Part shown: positions 17,687 to 28,147 of the stretch, one piece after another
Position numbering within the stretch: position 1 is the stretch's first letter
How the letters are laid out: the number at the start of each line of letters is the position of its first letter
Assembly: GCA_050290185.1 (NCBI GenBank)
Contig: JBNKHE010000005.1
Span: 223,321-287,320 of the forward strand
Origin: Pontiella sp.
Lineage (GTDB): Bacteria; Verrucomicrobiota; Kiritimatiellia; Kiritimatiellales; Pontiellaceae
Direction of reading: 5' to 3'
Length of the DNA: 64,000 nucleotides
The notes under the pieces: model-generated
Seen by the model: only the letters and a program-made list of their open reading frames with translations
Databases searched by the model: none
What the model was told of the DNA's origin: nothing
Translations under genes and position numbers: made by a program

Positions 17687-19051
17687 TCAACCAATGCACT
17701 CCTTAACCACCGCGACCAGGCGTTCGGCAATGGAACGGGTCTGCTCTTCCGTGGGGCCCTCTACCATCACGCGGCACATGGGCTGGGTGCCTGAATAACG
17801 AATTAAAACACGCCCCTGATCGCCCAGTTCCAGCTCCGCTTGCTTGATTGCATCCTGTAGTGCGTCGATGTCTTCGAGCGGAGGTTTTTCGGCAACATCC
17901 ATATTGATCAGCACCTGGGGATAAACCTGCATTACCTGAGCAAGCGAGGAAAGTCGTTCGCCGCTCTTGCGCATGATCGCCAGCAACTGCAGTGCGGAAA
18001 CAATCCCATCTCCAGTTGTGTGGAAATTATGGAAAATAAGATGTCCGGAATCCTCGCCACCCAGCACGGCTCCCCGCTTGCGCATAAGTTCCAGCACATA
18101 TCGGTCGCCCACATCCGCGAAGTCGCTTTCGATTCCCATTTCCTGCATGGCGACATGGAAACCGATGTTGCTCATAACGGTACCAACGACCAGGTTGTTC
18201 TTGAGCAATCCAGCCTGCTTATAGTCCTTCGCACATATGGCTATGATCTGATCGCCGGTAAGCTCGACACCGTTTTCATCGACAGCAATTAACCGGTCGC
18301 CATCTCCATCGAAAGCCAATCCGACATCCGCGTTCAGCTCCTTGAGCATGGCCTGCAGATCCTGGGTGTGCTGCGAACCGCAATTATCGTTGATGTTCAT
18401 GCCGTTGGGGTCGGCGTGAATCGTGGTGACCTCGGCGCCGAGTTCGGAAAATATGAGCGGTGCGCATTTGTAGGTAGCTCCATTAGAGCAGTCCAGCACG
18501 ACCTTCATTCCATCAAGGGTCATATTTTCGGGAAACGTATTTTTACAGAATTCAATGTACCGGCCCATGGCGTCGTCAATACGCTTCGCCTTGCCGACCT
18601 CCTGCGCAACGGCGCGGATATTATTGATGCGCCCGCTGAGCACCAGATCTTCTATTTCCGCCTCCATGGCATCGGGCAATTTGTAGCCGGTGCGTCCGAA
18701 AATCTTTATTCCGTTGTCGAAGTACGGGTTGTGCGAAGCCGAGATCACCAATCCGGCATCAGCGCGCATACTGTGCGTAATGAAAGCCACTGCCGGCGTA
18801 GGGATCGGGCCGAGTAAAAGCACGTCAACACCCATGGAGGTAATCCCTGCGGTCAGCGCATTCTCAAGCATGTATCCGCTCAGACGGGTATCCTTGCCGA
18901 TGATGATCCGTGGCCGCGTACCTTTTTCCTTGTGATATTCCTTGCAGGTATATGCCGTGGCTCGCCCGATCTGCAGGGCCATCTCCGCGGTCATATTGCC
19001 TTCGTTCGCCATGCCGCGAACGCCGTCGGTTCCAAAAAGCCTTCCCATCAT
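17687..19051 (-). CDS. glmM: Phosphoglucosamine mutase
   Basis: FGTDGVRG, SASHNP, FDGDGDR and RYSGTQP. Confidence 0.95.
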   Translation of the reverse strand: MMGRLFGTDGVRGMANEGNMTAEMALQIGRATAYTCKEYHKEKGTRPRIIIGKDTRLSGYMLENALTAGITSMGVDVLLLGPIPTPAVAFITHSMRADAGLVISASHNPYFDNGIKIFGRTGYKLPDAMEAEIEDLVLSGRINNIRAVAQEVGKAKRIDDAMGRYIEFCKNTFPENMTLDGMKVVLDCSNGATYKCAPLIFSELGAEVTTIHADPNGMNINDNCGSQHTQDLQAMLKELNADVGLAFDGDGDRLIAVDENGVELTGDQIIAICAKDYKQAGLLKNNLVVGTVMSNIGFHVAMQEMGIESDFADVGDRYVLELMRKRGAVLGGEDSGHLIFHNFHTTGDGIVSALQLLAIMRKSGERLSSLAQVMQVYPQVLINMDVAEKPPLEDIDALQDAIKQAELELGDQGRVLIRYSGTQPMCRVMVEGPTEEQTRSIAERLVAVVKECIG

Positions 19052-20214
19052 TATCTCCAAAGTTGTTCTGCATGCTTCACAATCGACCATAGCCATGCCC
19101 GACCGGCTGCACGCGTCGGGGCATCCAGGGACTTGATCGTATCAATATAGCTTCCGCTGTGTTCCTGCTGGACCGATTTAATAAAATTAATTTCGGGCGC
19201 ATGTGCATTGCAGCAAAGCTCACGCTCCATTTCCGGCCAGATCGACATGAATTGTTTTTGCGCCTCAAGTTCTTCAAGAGAGGCGGCACCTTTCTCTTCC
19301 AGTCGCTGGATCGAGAATCCCATCTTGCCGGCCACGGCTCCCAATCTCTTTATGCGTTCCGCCTGCACCGTGTTCAGATTATTAATGGCACCATCCAATA
19401 CCGCCTGATCGAACTCATCCCGAACAAAGAGGCTTCGGATATGGCTGTACCACTCGCGCAGTGCCTCGACGTTGCCGATATAGACAAGATTGTTCTTCAC
19501 GATGCGGTTTATATTTCGGTAGACGCCGGTTTCATAATCGACCGTCACAGCATTGGGTGTTGCGGGAACATGCAACTGGTTTTCTTCAAGCACATCCTTT
19601 CTGCAGGTCCCGCCTGCCGCCACAATGGTGCCGAAGGCAATGCGGGACGGCCCCACCAAGCCCCCCTGCCCGCCCAGAAAGATCGGTTTGTTGTCCACAA
19701 AAACGCCGTTGGGCACGTCCCCGAGCAACGAAGCCGTCGCCTTGTCCTGATGCGGGGTAAAGTTGAAGTGGACATAGGACGAGCCGATTTCGCTGTGATC
19801 CTTCCGGCTCGTGCCTCCAGCCATCAGCGCATCACAAAAATTAATCAGGCTTCCTGCGGTAACGAATGGCAGGAAGATCGTTTGTTTCAACCCGACAGAG
19901 TGAGCCCCGCTGGCCTCCTCTTCCAAAATGGTCCCGGCCCGTACATGCGCACCACTTCCCATATTGGAGCCATCAAGAAATACCGCTTTGGAAAAGTAGC
20001 CGCCTTTGAGTTGAACATGGCGTCCCAGCTGGCAGTTTTCGATAGTGGCGGGAGCTTCCGATCCGATTATGCATCCGGCTCCGATGGAGATTTCCGAGCC
20101 GAGAATCCTGCAACCGGGATAGATCACGACATCGGATGCAATCCTTGCGCAATCAACGTCTTCACCAACGGTTACGCCGGCCGCCAACCATTCCTCTTTC
20201 GAGCGATATGTCAT
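19051..20214 (-). CDS. GlmU-like left-handed beta-helix protein lacking the N-terminal uridyltransferase domain
   Basis: Hexapeptide repeats; AHVRAGT, SLINFCDA and HFNFT resemble the GlmU C-terminal half; coupled to glmM. Confidence 0.7.
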   Translation of the reverse strand: MTYRSKEEWLAAGVTVGEDVDCARIASDVVIYPGCRILGSEISIGAGCIIGSEAPATIENCQLGRHVQLKGGYFSKAVFLDGSNMGSGAHVRAGTILEEEASGAHSVGLKQTIFLPFVTAGSLINFCDALMAGGTSRKDHSEIGSSYVHFNFTPHQDKATASLLGDVPNGVFVDNKPIFLGGQGGLVGPSRIAFGTIVAAGGTCRKDVLEENQLHVPATPNAVTVDYETGVYRNINRIVKNNLVYIGNVEALREWYSHIRSLFVRDEFDQAVLDGAINNLNTVQAERIKRLGAVAGKMGFSIQRLEEKGAASLEELEAQKQFMSIWPEMERELCCNAHAPEINFIKSVQQEHSGSYIDTIKSLDAPTRAAGRAWLWSIVKHAEQLWR

Positions 20215-20312
20215 TTGTTGAGCCCCACTAAATTTCCAACACTTGCAAACAGAGGTGGGAATCTAGCAAATTACTGGGGAATGTCGCCCTGTTTTTGCAT
20301 GCATTGCGGAAC

Positions 20313-20711
20313 TCATTCCTCTTCGCGGCATGCCGAATAGAGCCAGCTCAAGAGCGATTCGAAGCGTGGATCCTTGTGGAGACTGTTCAGATCCGGATCG
20401 CTCTTCATCCAATCATAATCGCCGTAGCCCAGCTCGACCGCATTGGTCAGTGCTTCGAAGGCTTCGTCGGGATGACTGGTCAAGGCATATGAACAACCGA
20501 GGTTATACCAGACCAGATCATCATTGGGCAGCTGATGGCTCAGTTGAATATCTATGGCAAGTCCTTCTTCATACTTGCCGGCTTTGGTGTAGAGCTCAGC
20601 AAGCGCCTGAAGCACCTCCACATCACCGGGAAGACGTTCCGCCACTTTTTGAAGAAACTGGAGCTCGACCGCATCATGCCCCTTGCGATCGTTGGTTCTA
20701 TTTTTGCTCAT
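20313..20711 (-). CDS. TPR repeat protein
   Basis: WYNLGCSYAL and DPDLNSL TPR-end motif. Confidence 0.85.
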   Translation of the reverse strand: MSKNRTNDRKGHDAVELQFLQKVAERLPGDVEVLQALAELYTKAGKYEEGLAIDIQLSHQLPNDDLVWYNLGCSYALTSHPDEAFEALTNAVELGYGDYDWMKSDPDLNSLHKDPRFESLLSWLYSACREEE

Positions 20712-20722
20712 GATACCTCTTG

Positions 20723-22012
20723 TTAGCTCATCGGCCGGTGCGTGGGCCCGGTATAAACCTGGCGCGGGCGGCCAATGCGGCCATGCGGATCATCGCGCAT
20801 TTCAAGCCACTGGGCAATCCAGCCCGGCATCCGGCCGATGGCGAACATCACGGTAAACATATTGGTTGGGATACCCATGGCACGATAGGTAAGTCCCGTG
20901 TAGAAATCGATGTTGGGATAGAGGTTCCGGCTTACGAAATAGTCATCCGCAATCACCGCCTCTTCGAGCTCCTGGGCCAGATCGACCAACGGATCCGACT
21001 TGCCCATTTTGGCCAGCACATCCTTACACATCTGCTTAGCTACTTTTGCACGGGGATCGTATGACTTGTACACGCGATGCCCGACACCCATGACCCGGAA
21101 CGGATCGTTTTTGTCCTTGGCACGCTCGATGACGCGTTTTACATCGCCTTTGTCTTCGATGATAATGCGTTCGAGCATTTCGATGACATGCTGGTTAGCT
21201 CCACCATGCAGCGGCCCCCACAGCGCGCAGATACCTGCCGAAATGGAGGCATAGAGGTTGGCCCCGGCACTTCCAACCATCTTCACAACGGAGGCCGAGC
21301 AGTTCTGTTCATGGTCCGCGTGCAGGATCAGCAGTTTGTTCAGCGCCTTGGACATAACAGGATCGACCTGGAAATCGTTTACCGGCGTCCAAAACATCAT
21401 GTTAAGGAAGTTTTCGCAATACTTCATCGTGTGCTTGGGATAGACAATCGGATGGCCGATCGACTTCTTGTAGGAAAAGGCCGCCGCCGTACGGAGCTTG
21501 GAAAGCAGACGGGTTACCTTGAAGTCGATATTCTCCTGATTGCTTGCATCCTCCAGCTCGGGATAGAAGGTTGAAAGAGATACCGCCATCGCCGAAAGCG
21601 TGGCCATAGGGTGGGCATGATCCGGATAGGCATCGAAAAAGTGCCGCATGTCCTCGTGCATCAGGGAATGATGGTTGAGTGACCGAGAAAACTCATCATG
21701 CTGGTCCTTGTTTGGCAGGGTGCCGTGGATCAAAAGATAGGCCACATCGATGAACTCGCAGTTTTCGGCCAGATCGTTGATATCATATCCCCGATAGCGA
21801 AGAATACCTTGCTCACCGTCAATGAAGGTAATGTCACTTTGACAGCAACCGGTATTCACAAATCCCGGGTCATAGGTGATCATTCCGGTATCTTTTCTCA
21901 ATGCGCGAATATCAATGGCCTTCTCGTGTTCCGTTCCCTCAATAAGGGGAAGATCGATCGACGTGTCTCCATAGGTTAGTTTTGCGGTACCCAAATCCTT
22001 GATTTCTGACAT
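20723..22012 (-). CDS. gltA: Citrate synthase
   Basis: LHADHEQN, GPLHGGAN, GHRVY and YPNIDFY. Confidence 0.96.
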   Translation of the reverse strand: MSEIKDLGTAKLTYGDTSIDLPLIEGTEHEKAIDIRALRKDTGMITYDPGFVNTGCCQSDITFIDGEQGILRYRGYDINDLAENCEFIDVAYLLIHGTLPNKDQHDEFSRSLNHHSLMHEDMRHFFDAYPDHAHPMATLSAMAVSLSTFYPELEDASNQENIDFKVTRLLSKLRTAAAFSYKKSIGHPIVYPKHTMKYCENFLNMMFWTPVNDFQVDPVMSKALNKLLILHADHEQNCSASVVKMVGSAGANLYASISAGICALWGPLHGGANQHVIEMLERIIIEDKGDVKRVIERAKDKNDPFRVMGVGHRVYKSYDPRAKVAKQMCKDVLAKMGKSDPLVDLAQELEEAVIADDYFVSRNLYPNIDFYTGLTYRAMGIPTNMFTVMFAIGRMPGWIAQWLEMRDDPHGRIGRPRQVYTGPTHRPMS

Positions 22013-22224
22013 ATTGAATCTCCTTGCAAAGCTGGTTGCTTACTCTAAGTGCGCTAAAAAATACGGGTTGACGGTCATCATTCAAGACTAAAAGCTGCGG
22101 GGGCAGCCACTATTGTTCGGGGATGGACGAAGAAAGCTCCCGTTTTTTTAAACATTTAGTATTGCGCGGCCTACTCCATTTATGTTTTATCCACGGGTCT
22201 TTCAACAAAAGGAACCTGTAATTT

Positions 22225-22530
22225 ATGGCTAAGAAAAGCAAAATCGTTAAGAACCAGAAGCGCATCGCATGTGCCGCCAAATACTATGAGCGCCGCGTGG
22301 AGCTGAAGAAAATCATCAACAATCCCGAATCCGCTCCGGAAGACCGCATCGCAGCCATCCGCAAGCTGCGCAGCCTCCCGCTTGATGCCAACCCCAACCG
22401 CATCATGAACCGCTGTTCGCTAACCGGTCGTCCGCACGCTGTATACCGCAAGTTTGGACTATCCCGCATCACCCTGCGAGAAATGGCTTCCACCGGCCAG
22501 ATCCCGGGTATGACCAAGGCCAGCTGGTAA
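22225..22530 (+). CDS. rpsN: 30S ribosomal protein S14 (long, Zn-independent type)
   Basis: MAKKS...NRCSLTGR...IPGMTKASW. Confidence 0.97.
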   Translation: MAKKSKIVKNQKRIACAAKYYERRVELKKIINNPESAPEDRIAAIRKLRSLPLDANPNRIMNRCSLTGRPHAVYRKFGLSRITLREMASTGQIPGMTKASW

Positions 22531-22559
22531 GCATCCCCTTCTTTGCTGGAAGATATTCG

Positions 22560-22584
22560 CCCCGTCACTCGACGGGGTTTTTTT
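22560..22584 (+). terminator. rpsN terminator
   Basis: CCCCGTC ACTC GACGGGG followed by TTTTTTT. Confidence 0.85.
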
Positions 22585-22739
22585 GTGCCTGCCTGCGGCG
22601 GAGGAGCTCAACCACTTGAGTAGAGACGTGGCCCCAGGGTCGTCGCCGCTACCATACCCCAGTAGGTTTCGGCATCTCTCAGAAGCGTCGCGTATATTGC
22701 CGGGGAGTCGCGAAGGTAAGCACCCCCAAGTGCACCTAC

Positions 22740-22773
22740 AAAAAAAAACCGCCCCAGAGCTGGGACGGCTTTT
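22740..22773 (-). terminator. rpmB terminator
   Basis: Minus-strand CCGTCCCAGCTCTGGGGCGG followed by a T-run. Confidence 0.75.
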
Positions 22774-22795
22774 GCGTTCCTTTGTAGCGGAAAAA

Positions 22796-23026
22796 CTAGG
22801 CCTTGTTTACCTTGCCGGAGCGGATTGCCTTCGCAGAAACCCAAACCCGTTTAACGGTTCCGTTTTCATCGCGAACGCGAACACGCTGCAGGTTCGGCTT
22901 AAACGTACGCTTGGTTGCGCTGGTCACGTGAAGACCGATGCCGCCTTTTTTCTTCGACAAACCCTTGCGGACAATACGGCGTCCGGTGATGGTTTTCTTT
23001 CCAGTTACTGCACATTCTCTAGCCAT
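22796..23026 (-). CDS. rpmB: 50S ribosomal protein L28
   Basis: MARECAVTGK...KRTFKPNLQ. Confidence 0.96.
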   Translation of the reverse strand: MARECAVTGKKTITGRRIVRKGLSKKKGGIGLHVTSATKRTFKPNLQRVRVRDENGTVKRVWVSAKAIRSGKVNKA

Positions 23027-23139
23027 CGTAAATACCTCGGTAATGTTTCAATCAAAATTGTTCGGCTCAACAAGAGCTTGGGAATCTAAGCATTCCCGCC
23101 TGCTTTGCAAGTACATTTACGTATTTTTTCGTCTATTTA

Positions 23140-24261
23140 CTACACCAGCTCCGAGAAGACTGCATTGCAGACAAACAGCGCATCGGAGGTCAGGGCAAGC
23201 CGCGTCCCTCTCCGGTGCAGCAAGCCTTCTTCAATCATCGACTCGATGGCGGAACCGCACAGATCCCCCACATCCTGTCCGGTCACCTGCCTAAAGGACT
23301 CGACATCGACTCCATCAAGCATCCGCAGCCACATAACGAGGGTTTCGCGCGCCTTGTCCTCAGCCGAAAGCACTTCCACCTCTTCAAAGGGACGTGCCCC
23401 GCTTTTCATTCGTTCGCACCAGGCTGGCAGATCGGGTAAGTTGCCAAAACGTCGTCCCTGCCAGTGAGAATGCGCCGAAGGCCCGCAGCCAAAATACTCG
23501 CCCCCCTGCCAATAGAGTACATTGTGCCGACATTCCCGCCCGGGTTTTGAAAAGTTGGAAATTTCGTAATGGTCATAGCCCGCATTTTCCAACAAGGCCT
23601 TGACGGCATAATAGTTGTCCGCCTCTTCGTCGTCACCCGGCGGAACGAGCCGTCCGGCATCGCGATCGCGGGTCATTGGAGTTCCCGGCTCATAAATGAG
23701 GTTGTAGTAGGAAACGTGCTCAGGGCCCAGCTCAATGACTTTGCGGGCATCGCCCAGCACATCATCCGGCGTCATGCCCGGAATGCTTTGGATCAGGTCG
23801 ATATTCACGTTATCAAAACCGGCCTCGCGCAGCATGTGGTAGCCTTCCACCGCCTGCTCCGCCGAATGGATGCGGCCGAGAAGCTTCAGTGCCTTTGGAT
23901 TGAACGACTGCACGCCGATCGAGATACGGTTGATCCCCCCCGCCTTCATGGCGGCCAGTTTTTCATCGGTCAAGGTGCCGGGATTGGCTTCGCTTGTGAA
24001 CTCGACCACATTGGACAGATCTATCTGCCGATGAATGGCGGCCAGCATGGCGGCATAGTGATCCGCCGGCAGGGCTGTTGGCGTTCCTCCGCCGATGAAC
24101 AGGGTGTCCGGCGCAAAGTCCTTCGGCAACCGGCCCAACTCAATTTCCAGACATTCCAGAAAGAGCGACAGGTTATCCCACTCGTTCGGTGTCATTTTAT
24201 AGAAGTCACAATAGCGGCATCGCGACATGCAAAGCGGGATATGGATATAGAGACCGGTCAT
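23140..24261 (-). CDS. hemW: Radical SAM heme chaperone HemW
   Basis: LYIHIP-CxxxCxYCDF, GGGTP, YEISNF and HNxxYW. Confidence 0.9.
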   Translation of the reverse strand: MTGLYIHIPLCMSRCRYCDFYKMTPNEWDNLSLFLECLEIELGRLPKDFAPDTLFIGGGTPTALPADHYAAMLAAIHRQIDLSNVVEFTSEANPGTLTDEKLAAMKAGGINRISIGVQSFNPKALKLLGRIHSAEQAVEGYHMLREAGFDNVNIDLIQSIPGMTPDDVLGDARKVIELGPEHVSYYNLIYEPGTPMTRDRDAGRLVPPGDDEEADNYYAVKALLENAGYDHYEISNFSKPGRECRHNVLYWQGGEYFGCGPSAHSHWQGRRFGNLPDLPAWCERMKSGARPFEEVEVLSAEDKARETLVMWLRMLDGVDVESFRQVTGQDVGDLCGSAIESMIEEGLLHRRGTRLALTSDALFVCNAVFSELV

Positions 24262-24448
24262 TACTACAGCTTTAGGGGTTGGGTTTTATGAGATTAAGAA
24301 GCGACAACGATGCGGGAATTGGACGGCCCTGCCAACCGCAAACTACATATAAGACCAATTTGGTAAATATTCACACAATCCGTTCGACACCGGATAACCG
24401 TCCTGATAAGGATACGCGCTCTTGTTGATCGTATTTCAGGGTTTTGCT

Positions 24449-25876
24449 ATGAATATTGAAAAGAAAAAGCATGTTGTCGTAATCGGAAACGGGATGGCCA
24501 GTTTCCGATTCTGCGAAAAGCTTTTGGAATACGATGCGTTTCATGAATTCACGGTAACGGTAGTTGGCGATGAATTGCTTCCGGCCTACGACCGGGTTTC
24601 GCTGTCTTCGCTTTTCACGGGAAAACCGGAAAAGGATCTCATTTTTGCCGAAGCCCGCTGGTACGACTATCAAAAGATCAAACTGTTGCAAGGCACGCGC
24701 GTCGCCGGCATCAATCGGGCGGAAAAATACATCACAACCCAGTCCGGGCGCAGAATAGAATACGACAAACTGGTGATGGCCACCGGAGCCCACCCGCATA
24801 TCCCTAAAATACCGGGCACGGAACTAAGCGGCATACAGGTCTACCGGACCATCGACGATGTCGATGCAATCCGGCGGGATGCCGAAGAGGCTTCCCGAGC
24901 AGTCGTGGTCGGCGGAGGGCTTCTCGGCCTGGAAGCTGCGGCCGCGTGCAAAAGCATGGGACTGGAAACCACGGTTATCGAGCGCGCTACGCACCTGATG
25001 GCCTGCCAGCTTGATTCCGCTGGAGGACGACTGTTGCAGAACAAAGTGGAAGCGCTCGATATTACCGTTCGCACCGCCGAAAACATCATTGCCCTAGAAG
25101 GTCGGAAGAAGGTCGAGCAAGTGCGTCTTGAAAAAGGAGAACTGCTTCCGGCCGATCTGGTGATTCTGACTACCGGCATCCAGCCGAACGATGAGCTTGG
25201 GCGGGATGCCAAACTCAATATCGGAAAAAAAGGTGGTATCGCAGTCAACAAAACCATGCGCACCTCGGATGACGATATCTATGCCATTGGCGAATGCGCG
25301 TCTTTCAATGACACGACCTTTGGTCTGGTTGCCCCCTGCTACGCCATGGCCGAAGCCGCGGCAGCCCACCTCGGAGGAATCAATAAAACATTCCAATCCA
25401 GTGCCCCGACCTCGCAACTCAAACTACTCGACCTGCAGGTTGCCAGCATCGGCCAGCCGTCGCTTGAATCAACCGACACCCGTTGCATCATCGACCGCGA
25501 CGACGACCGTGGCGTGTATAAGAAATTGATCACCGACCCCGAAGGAAAACAGTTGCTTGGATCCATCCTGATGGGTGAAACATCCGAATTCAGCCGCTTG
25601 CAGAAAATAATCGAGGACGGGACCGAACTCCCCGAGCACCCCGAAAGCCTGCTGGCTCCCATCGGCTCCCCCTTTGAACCCGAGCTCGATCTGGAAGACG
25701 ACGATGTCGTCTGCTTCTGCAACTACGTCACCAAAGGCGATATCTGCAAAGCCATCGACCGCGACAACCTGAAAACCACGGGCGATGTTATGGGTACCAC
25801 CTATGCCGCCAGTTTGTGCGGTAGCTGCCTGGATACGCTCAACACGGTTACCAAGCAGCATATCTCCCGGAAATAA
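24449..25876 (+). CDS. NAD(P)H/FAD oxidoreductase, NirB/NasB N-terminal-like, with one BFD-type [2Fe-2S] domain
   Basis: VVIGNGMA, GGGLLGLEAA, IYAIGEC and C-terminal CFCN...CGSC; no siroheme domain. Confidence 0.85.
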   Translation: MNIEKKKHVVVIGNGMASFRFCEKLLEYDAFHEFTVTVVGDELLPAYDRVSLSSLFTGKPEKDLIFAEARWYDYQKIKLLQGTRVAGINRAEKYITTQSGRRIEYDKLVMATGAHPHIPKIPGTELSGIQVYRTIDDVDAIRRDAEEASRAVVVGGGLLGLEAAAACKSMGLETTVIERATHLMACQLDSAGGRLLQNKVEALDITVRTAENIIALEGRKKVEQVRLEKGELLPADLVILTTGIQPNDELGRDAKLNIGKKGGIAVNKTMRTSDDDIYAIGECASFNDTTFGLVAPCYAMAEAAAAHLGGINKTFQSSAPTSQLKLLDLQVASIGQPSLESTDTRCIIDRDDDRGVYKKLITDPEGKQLLGSILMGETSEFSRLQKIIEDGTELPEHPESLLAPIGSPFEPELDLEDDDVVCFCNYVTKGDICKAIDRDNLKTTGDVMGTTYAASLCGSCLDTLNTVTKQHISRK

Positions 25877-25901
25877 GGCGCTATTCTTTAAAAAATAGAA
25901 C

Positions 25902-25930
25902 TTGCGCTACCCCATCCGCCTACGTATATT
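25902..25930 (+). promoter_or_regulatory. Sigma-70-like promoter of rpsB-tsf
   Basis: TTGCGC-N17-TATATT followed by a leader with hairpin TGACCGGA/TCCGGTCA. Confidence 0.55.
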
Positions 25931-26038
25931 CCGCCGCTTAATTGACCGGATGTTCCGGTCAGAAGCGAAGGCCACCTGACCTCGTGGTGTGTCAAAGCGG
26001 ATTGTTTATAAATAGAGTAAACTATAAGGAGAGGTATC

Positions 26039-27181
26039 ATGGCGGAGTCATTCACCAAGACTATCGGTATTCAGGATCTGCTTGACGCAGGTCTGCATTT
26101 CGGTCACCAGACCAAACGTTGGAACCCCAAAATGAAGCGCTACATTCATGGCGCGAAAAACGGGATCTACATCATCGACCTGAACAAAACCCTTTCGCAG
26201 CTTGAGCTGGCAAAAACCTTCCTCAACGACGTAGTAATGCGCGGCGAAAAGATTCTTTTCGTAGGCACCAAGAAACAGGCTCGCGAAATCTTCCAGAACA
26301 CGGCCTCAGACACCAACCAGCCCTATGTCATCCATCGCTGGCTCGGCGGCATGCTGACCAACAACCAGACCATCCGTTCTTCCGTGGCCCGCATGCGCGA
26401 GCTCCAGAAAATGGAAAAAGACGGCACCATGGAAAAGATGCCCAAGAAGGAGGTTTCCGTGCTTCGCCGCGAGCTGGCCAAGCTGGACCGGAACCTGGGC
26501 GGTATTGCCAACCTGGAAAAGAAGCCTGGCGCCCTGTTTGTCGTCGACCTTAAGCGTGAGCATCTGGCCCTGGCCGAAGCGAAGCGTCTCAACATTCCTG
26601 TGGTTGCCCTCGTGGACACCAATGCAGATCCGGATCTCGTGGACTATCCGATCCCCGGCAACGACGACTCGCTCCGCTCGATCGGACTGATCTGCGAAGT
26701 GCTTGGTGAAGTCGTCAAGGCGGCTGACATCGAATACAGCGCCAAGGCCAAGGCCGAACGCGAAGCCCGCGAGGCCGCAGATGCCATAGAGCGCGAAAAG
26801 GCCAAGGCTGCCCGCGAAGAGCGCAAGAAGAAGGAAGCCGAAGAGAAGAAGAAGCGCGAAGAAGTGCTGAAGAAGATCAAGGAACAGAAGAAGAAAGCCG
26901 ACGACAAGAAGAAGGCAGAAGCCAAGGCGGCCAAGGAAGAGGAAGCCAAGGCCGAAAAGGCTGTCCCCGCAGCTGAAGAAGCGCCGGTTGTAGAAGAAGC
27001 TCCGGTAGCCGCAGAAGCCGCACCTGTCGCAGAAGCCGCACCTGTCGCAGAAGAAGCCCCTGTGACTGAAGAAACCCCGGAAGCTGCAGCGGAAGAAACC
27101 GAAGCGGCCGCCGAAGAGGTTAAGAACGTCGCTGAAGAAGCCCCGGCGAAAGAAGATTCTGAAACCAAAAAAGAAGCCTAA
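26039..27181 (+). CDS. rpsB: 30S ribosomal protein S2 with long Lys/Glu/Ala-rich C-terminal extension
   Basis: [25 protein letters not shown] and PGNDD. Confidence 0.97.
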   Translation: MAESFTKTIGIQDLLDAGLHFGHQTKRWNPKMKRYIHGAKNGIYIIDLNKTLSQLELAKTFLNDVVMRGEKILFVGTKKQAREIFQNTASDTNQPYVIHRWLGGMLTNNQTIRSSVARMRELQKMEKDGTMEKMPKKEVSVLRRELAKLDRNLGGIANLEKKPGALFVVDLKREHLALAEAKRLNIPVVALVDTNADPDLVDYPIPGNDDSLRSIGLICEVLGEVVKAADIEYSAKAKAEREAREAADAIEREKAKAAREERKKKEAEEKKKREEVLKKIKEQKKKADDKKKAEAKAAKEEEAKAEKAVPAAEEAPVVEEAPVAAEAAPVAEAAPVAEEAPVTEETPEAAAEETEAAAEEVKNVAEEAPAKEDSETKKEA

Positions 27182-27203
27182 TATTTAGAGAGGACACATT
27201 ACG

Positions 27204-28043
27204 ATGGCTATTACCACCAGCATGATCAAGGAACTCCGCGATGCCACCAGCATGGGCATCAACGACTGCAAGAAAGCACTCGAGCAAGCCAATGGCGACT
27301 TTGACGCAGCAGTAAAGATTCTTCGCGAAAAGGGTGCTGCCGTTGCCAGCAAGCGCGCCAGCAAGGAAGCCAATGAAGGCATTATTGCGTCCAATGTATC
27401 TGACGACGCACAGACCGGTGCACTGATCGAAGTCAACTGCGAAACCGACTTTGTGACCCGCAACGAAGCCTTCCAGGCGTTTGCAGAAGAGCTCCGCCAG
27501 GAAGCCCTGAACTACGAAACCGACCAGATGGCCGCAGGCATCAACGATAAGGTGGAAGCCCAGATGGCATCCATCGGCGAAAAGATCCAGTTCCGCCGCA
27601 ATGTTAAATGGACCGTCGAAGGAACCGGCGCAATCACGTCCTACATCCACATGGGTGGCAAGGTTGGCGTACTGGTTGAACTCGGATGCGAAAGGGCCGA
27701 AACGATCAATAGCCCGATATTCCAGGAACTCTCCAAGGACCTGACCCTGCACGTTGCTGCGGCGGCTCCTGAATACCTCAACCGCGACGAAGTTCCCGCC
27801 GAACTCGTTGAAGAGGAAATGGACATTGCCCGCAAGCAGCTTGAAGGCAAGCCGGAAAACATCATGGAGAACATCCTGAAGGGCAAGATCAACAAGTTCT
27901 ACTCCCAGATCTGCTTTATTGAGCAGGGCTTCGTGAAGGAAGAAAAGGTTTCCATCACCGACCTGGTCGCTGAAAAGAGCAAGGAACTGGGCGATACGCT
28001 GACGGTGAAGCGTTATATCCGCTATCAGCTCGGCGGTGCATAA
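27204..28043 (+). CDS. tsf: Elongation factor Ts
   Basis: KELR...DCKKAL and EVNCETDFV; follows rpsB. Confidence 0.97.
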   Translation: MAITTSMIKELRDATSMGINDCKKALEQANGDFDAAVKILREKGAAVASKRASKEANEGIIASNVSDDAQTGALIEVNCETDFVTRNEAFQAFAEELRQEALNYETDQMAAGINDKVEAQMASIGEKIQFRRNVKWTVEGTGAITSYIHMGGKVGVLVELGCERAETINSPIFQELSKDLTLHVAAAAPEYLNRDEVPAELVEEEMDIARKQLEGKPENIMENILKGKINKFYSQICFIEQGFVKEEKVSITDLVAEKSKELGDTLTVKRYIRYQLGGA

Positions 28044-28063
28044 GCCGGCCATGCCTAGCAAAG

Positions 28064-28094
28064 AAAAAGCCCGTCAATTTTGACGGGCTTTTTT
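28064..28094. terminator. Bidirectional terminator
   Basis: AAAAAGCCCGTCA ATTT TGACGGGCTTTTT between convergent genes. Confidence 0.9.
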
Positions 28095-28147
28095 ATTAGG
28101 CACGGCGTGCTCGCTGTGGATGAAATCGCCTCTCGTCTCAATCATCA

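Noticed and set aside
22585..22739. RNase P, tmRNA or SRP RNA
   Set aside because: None of their hallmark sequences is present, and the segment is too short for RNase P or tmRNA.
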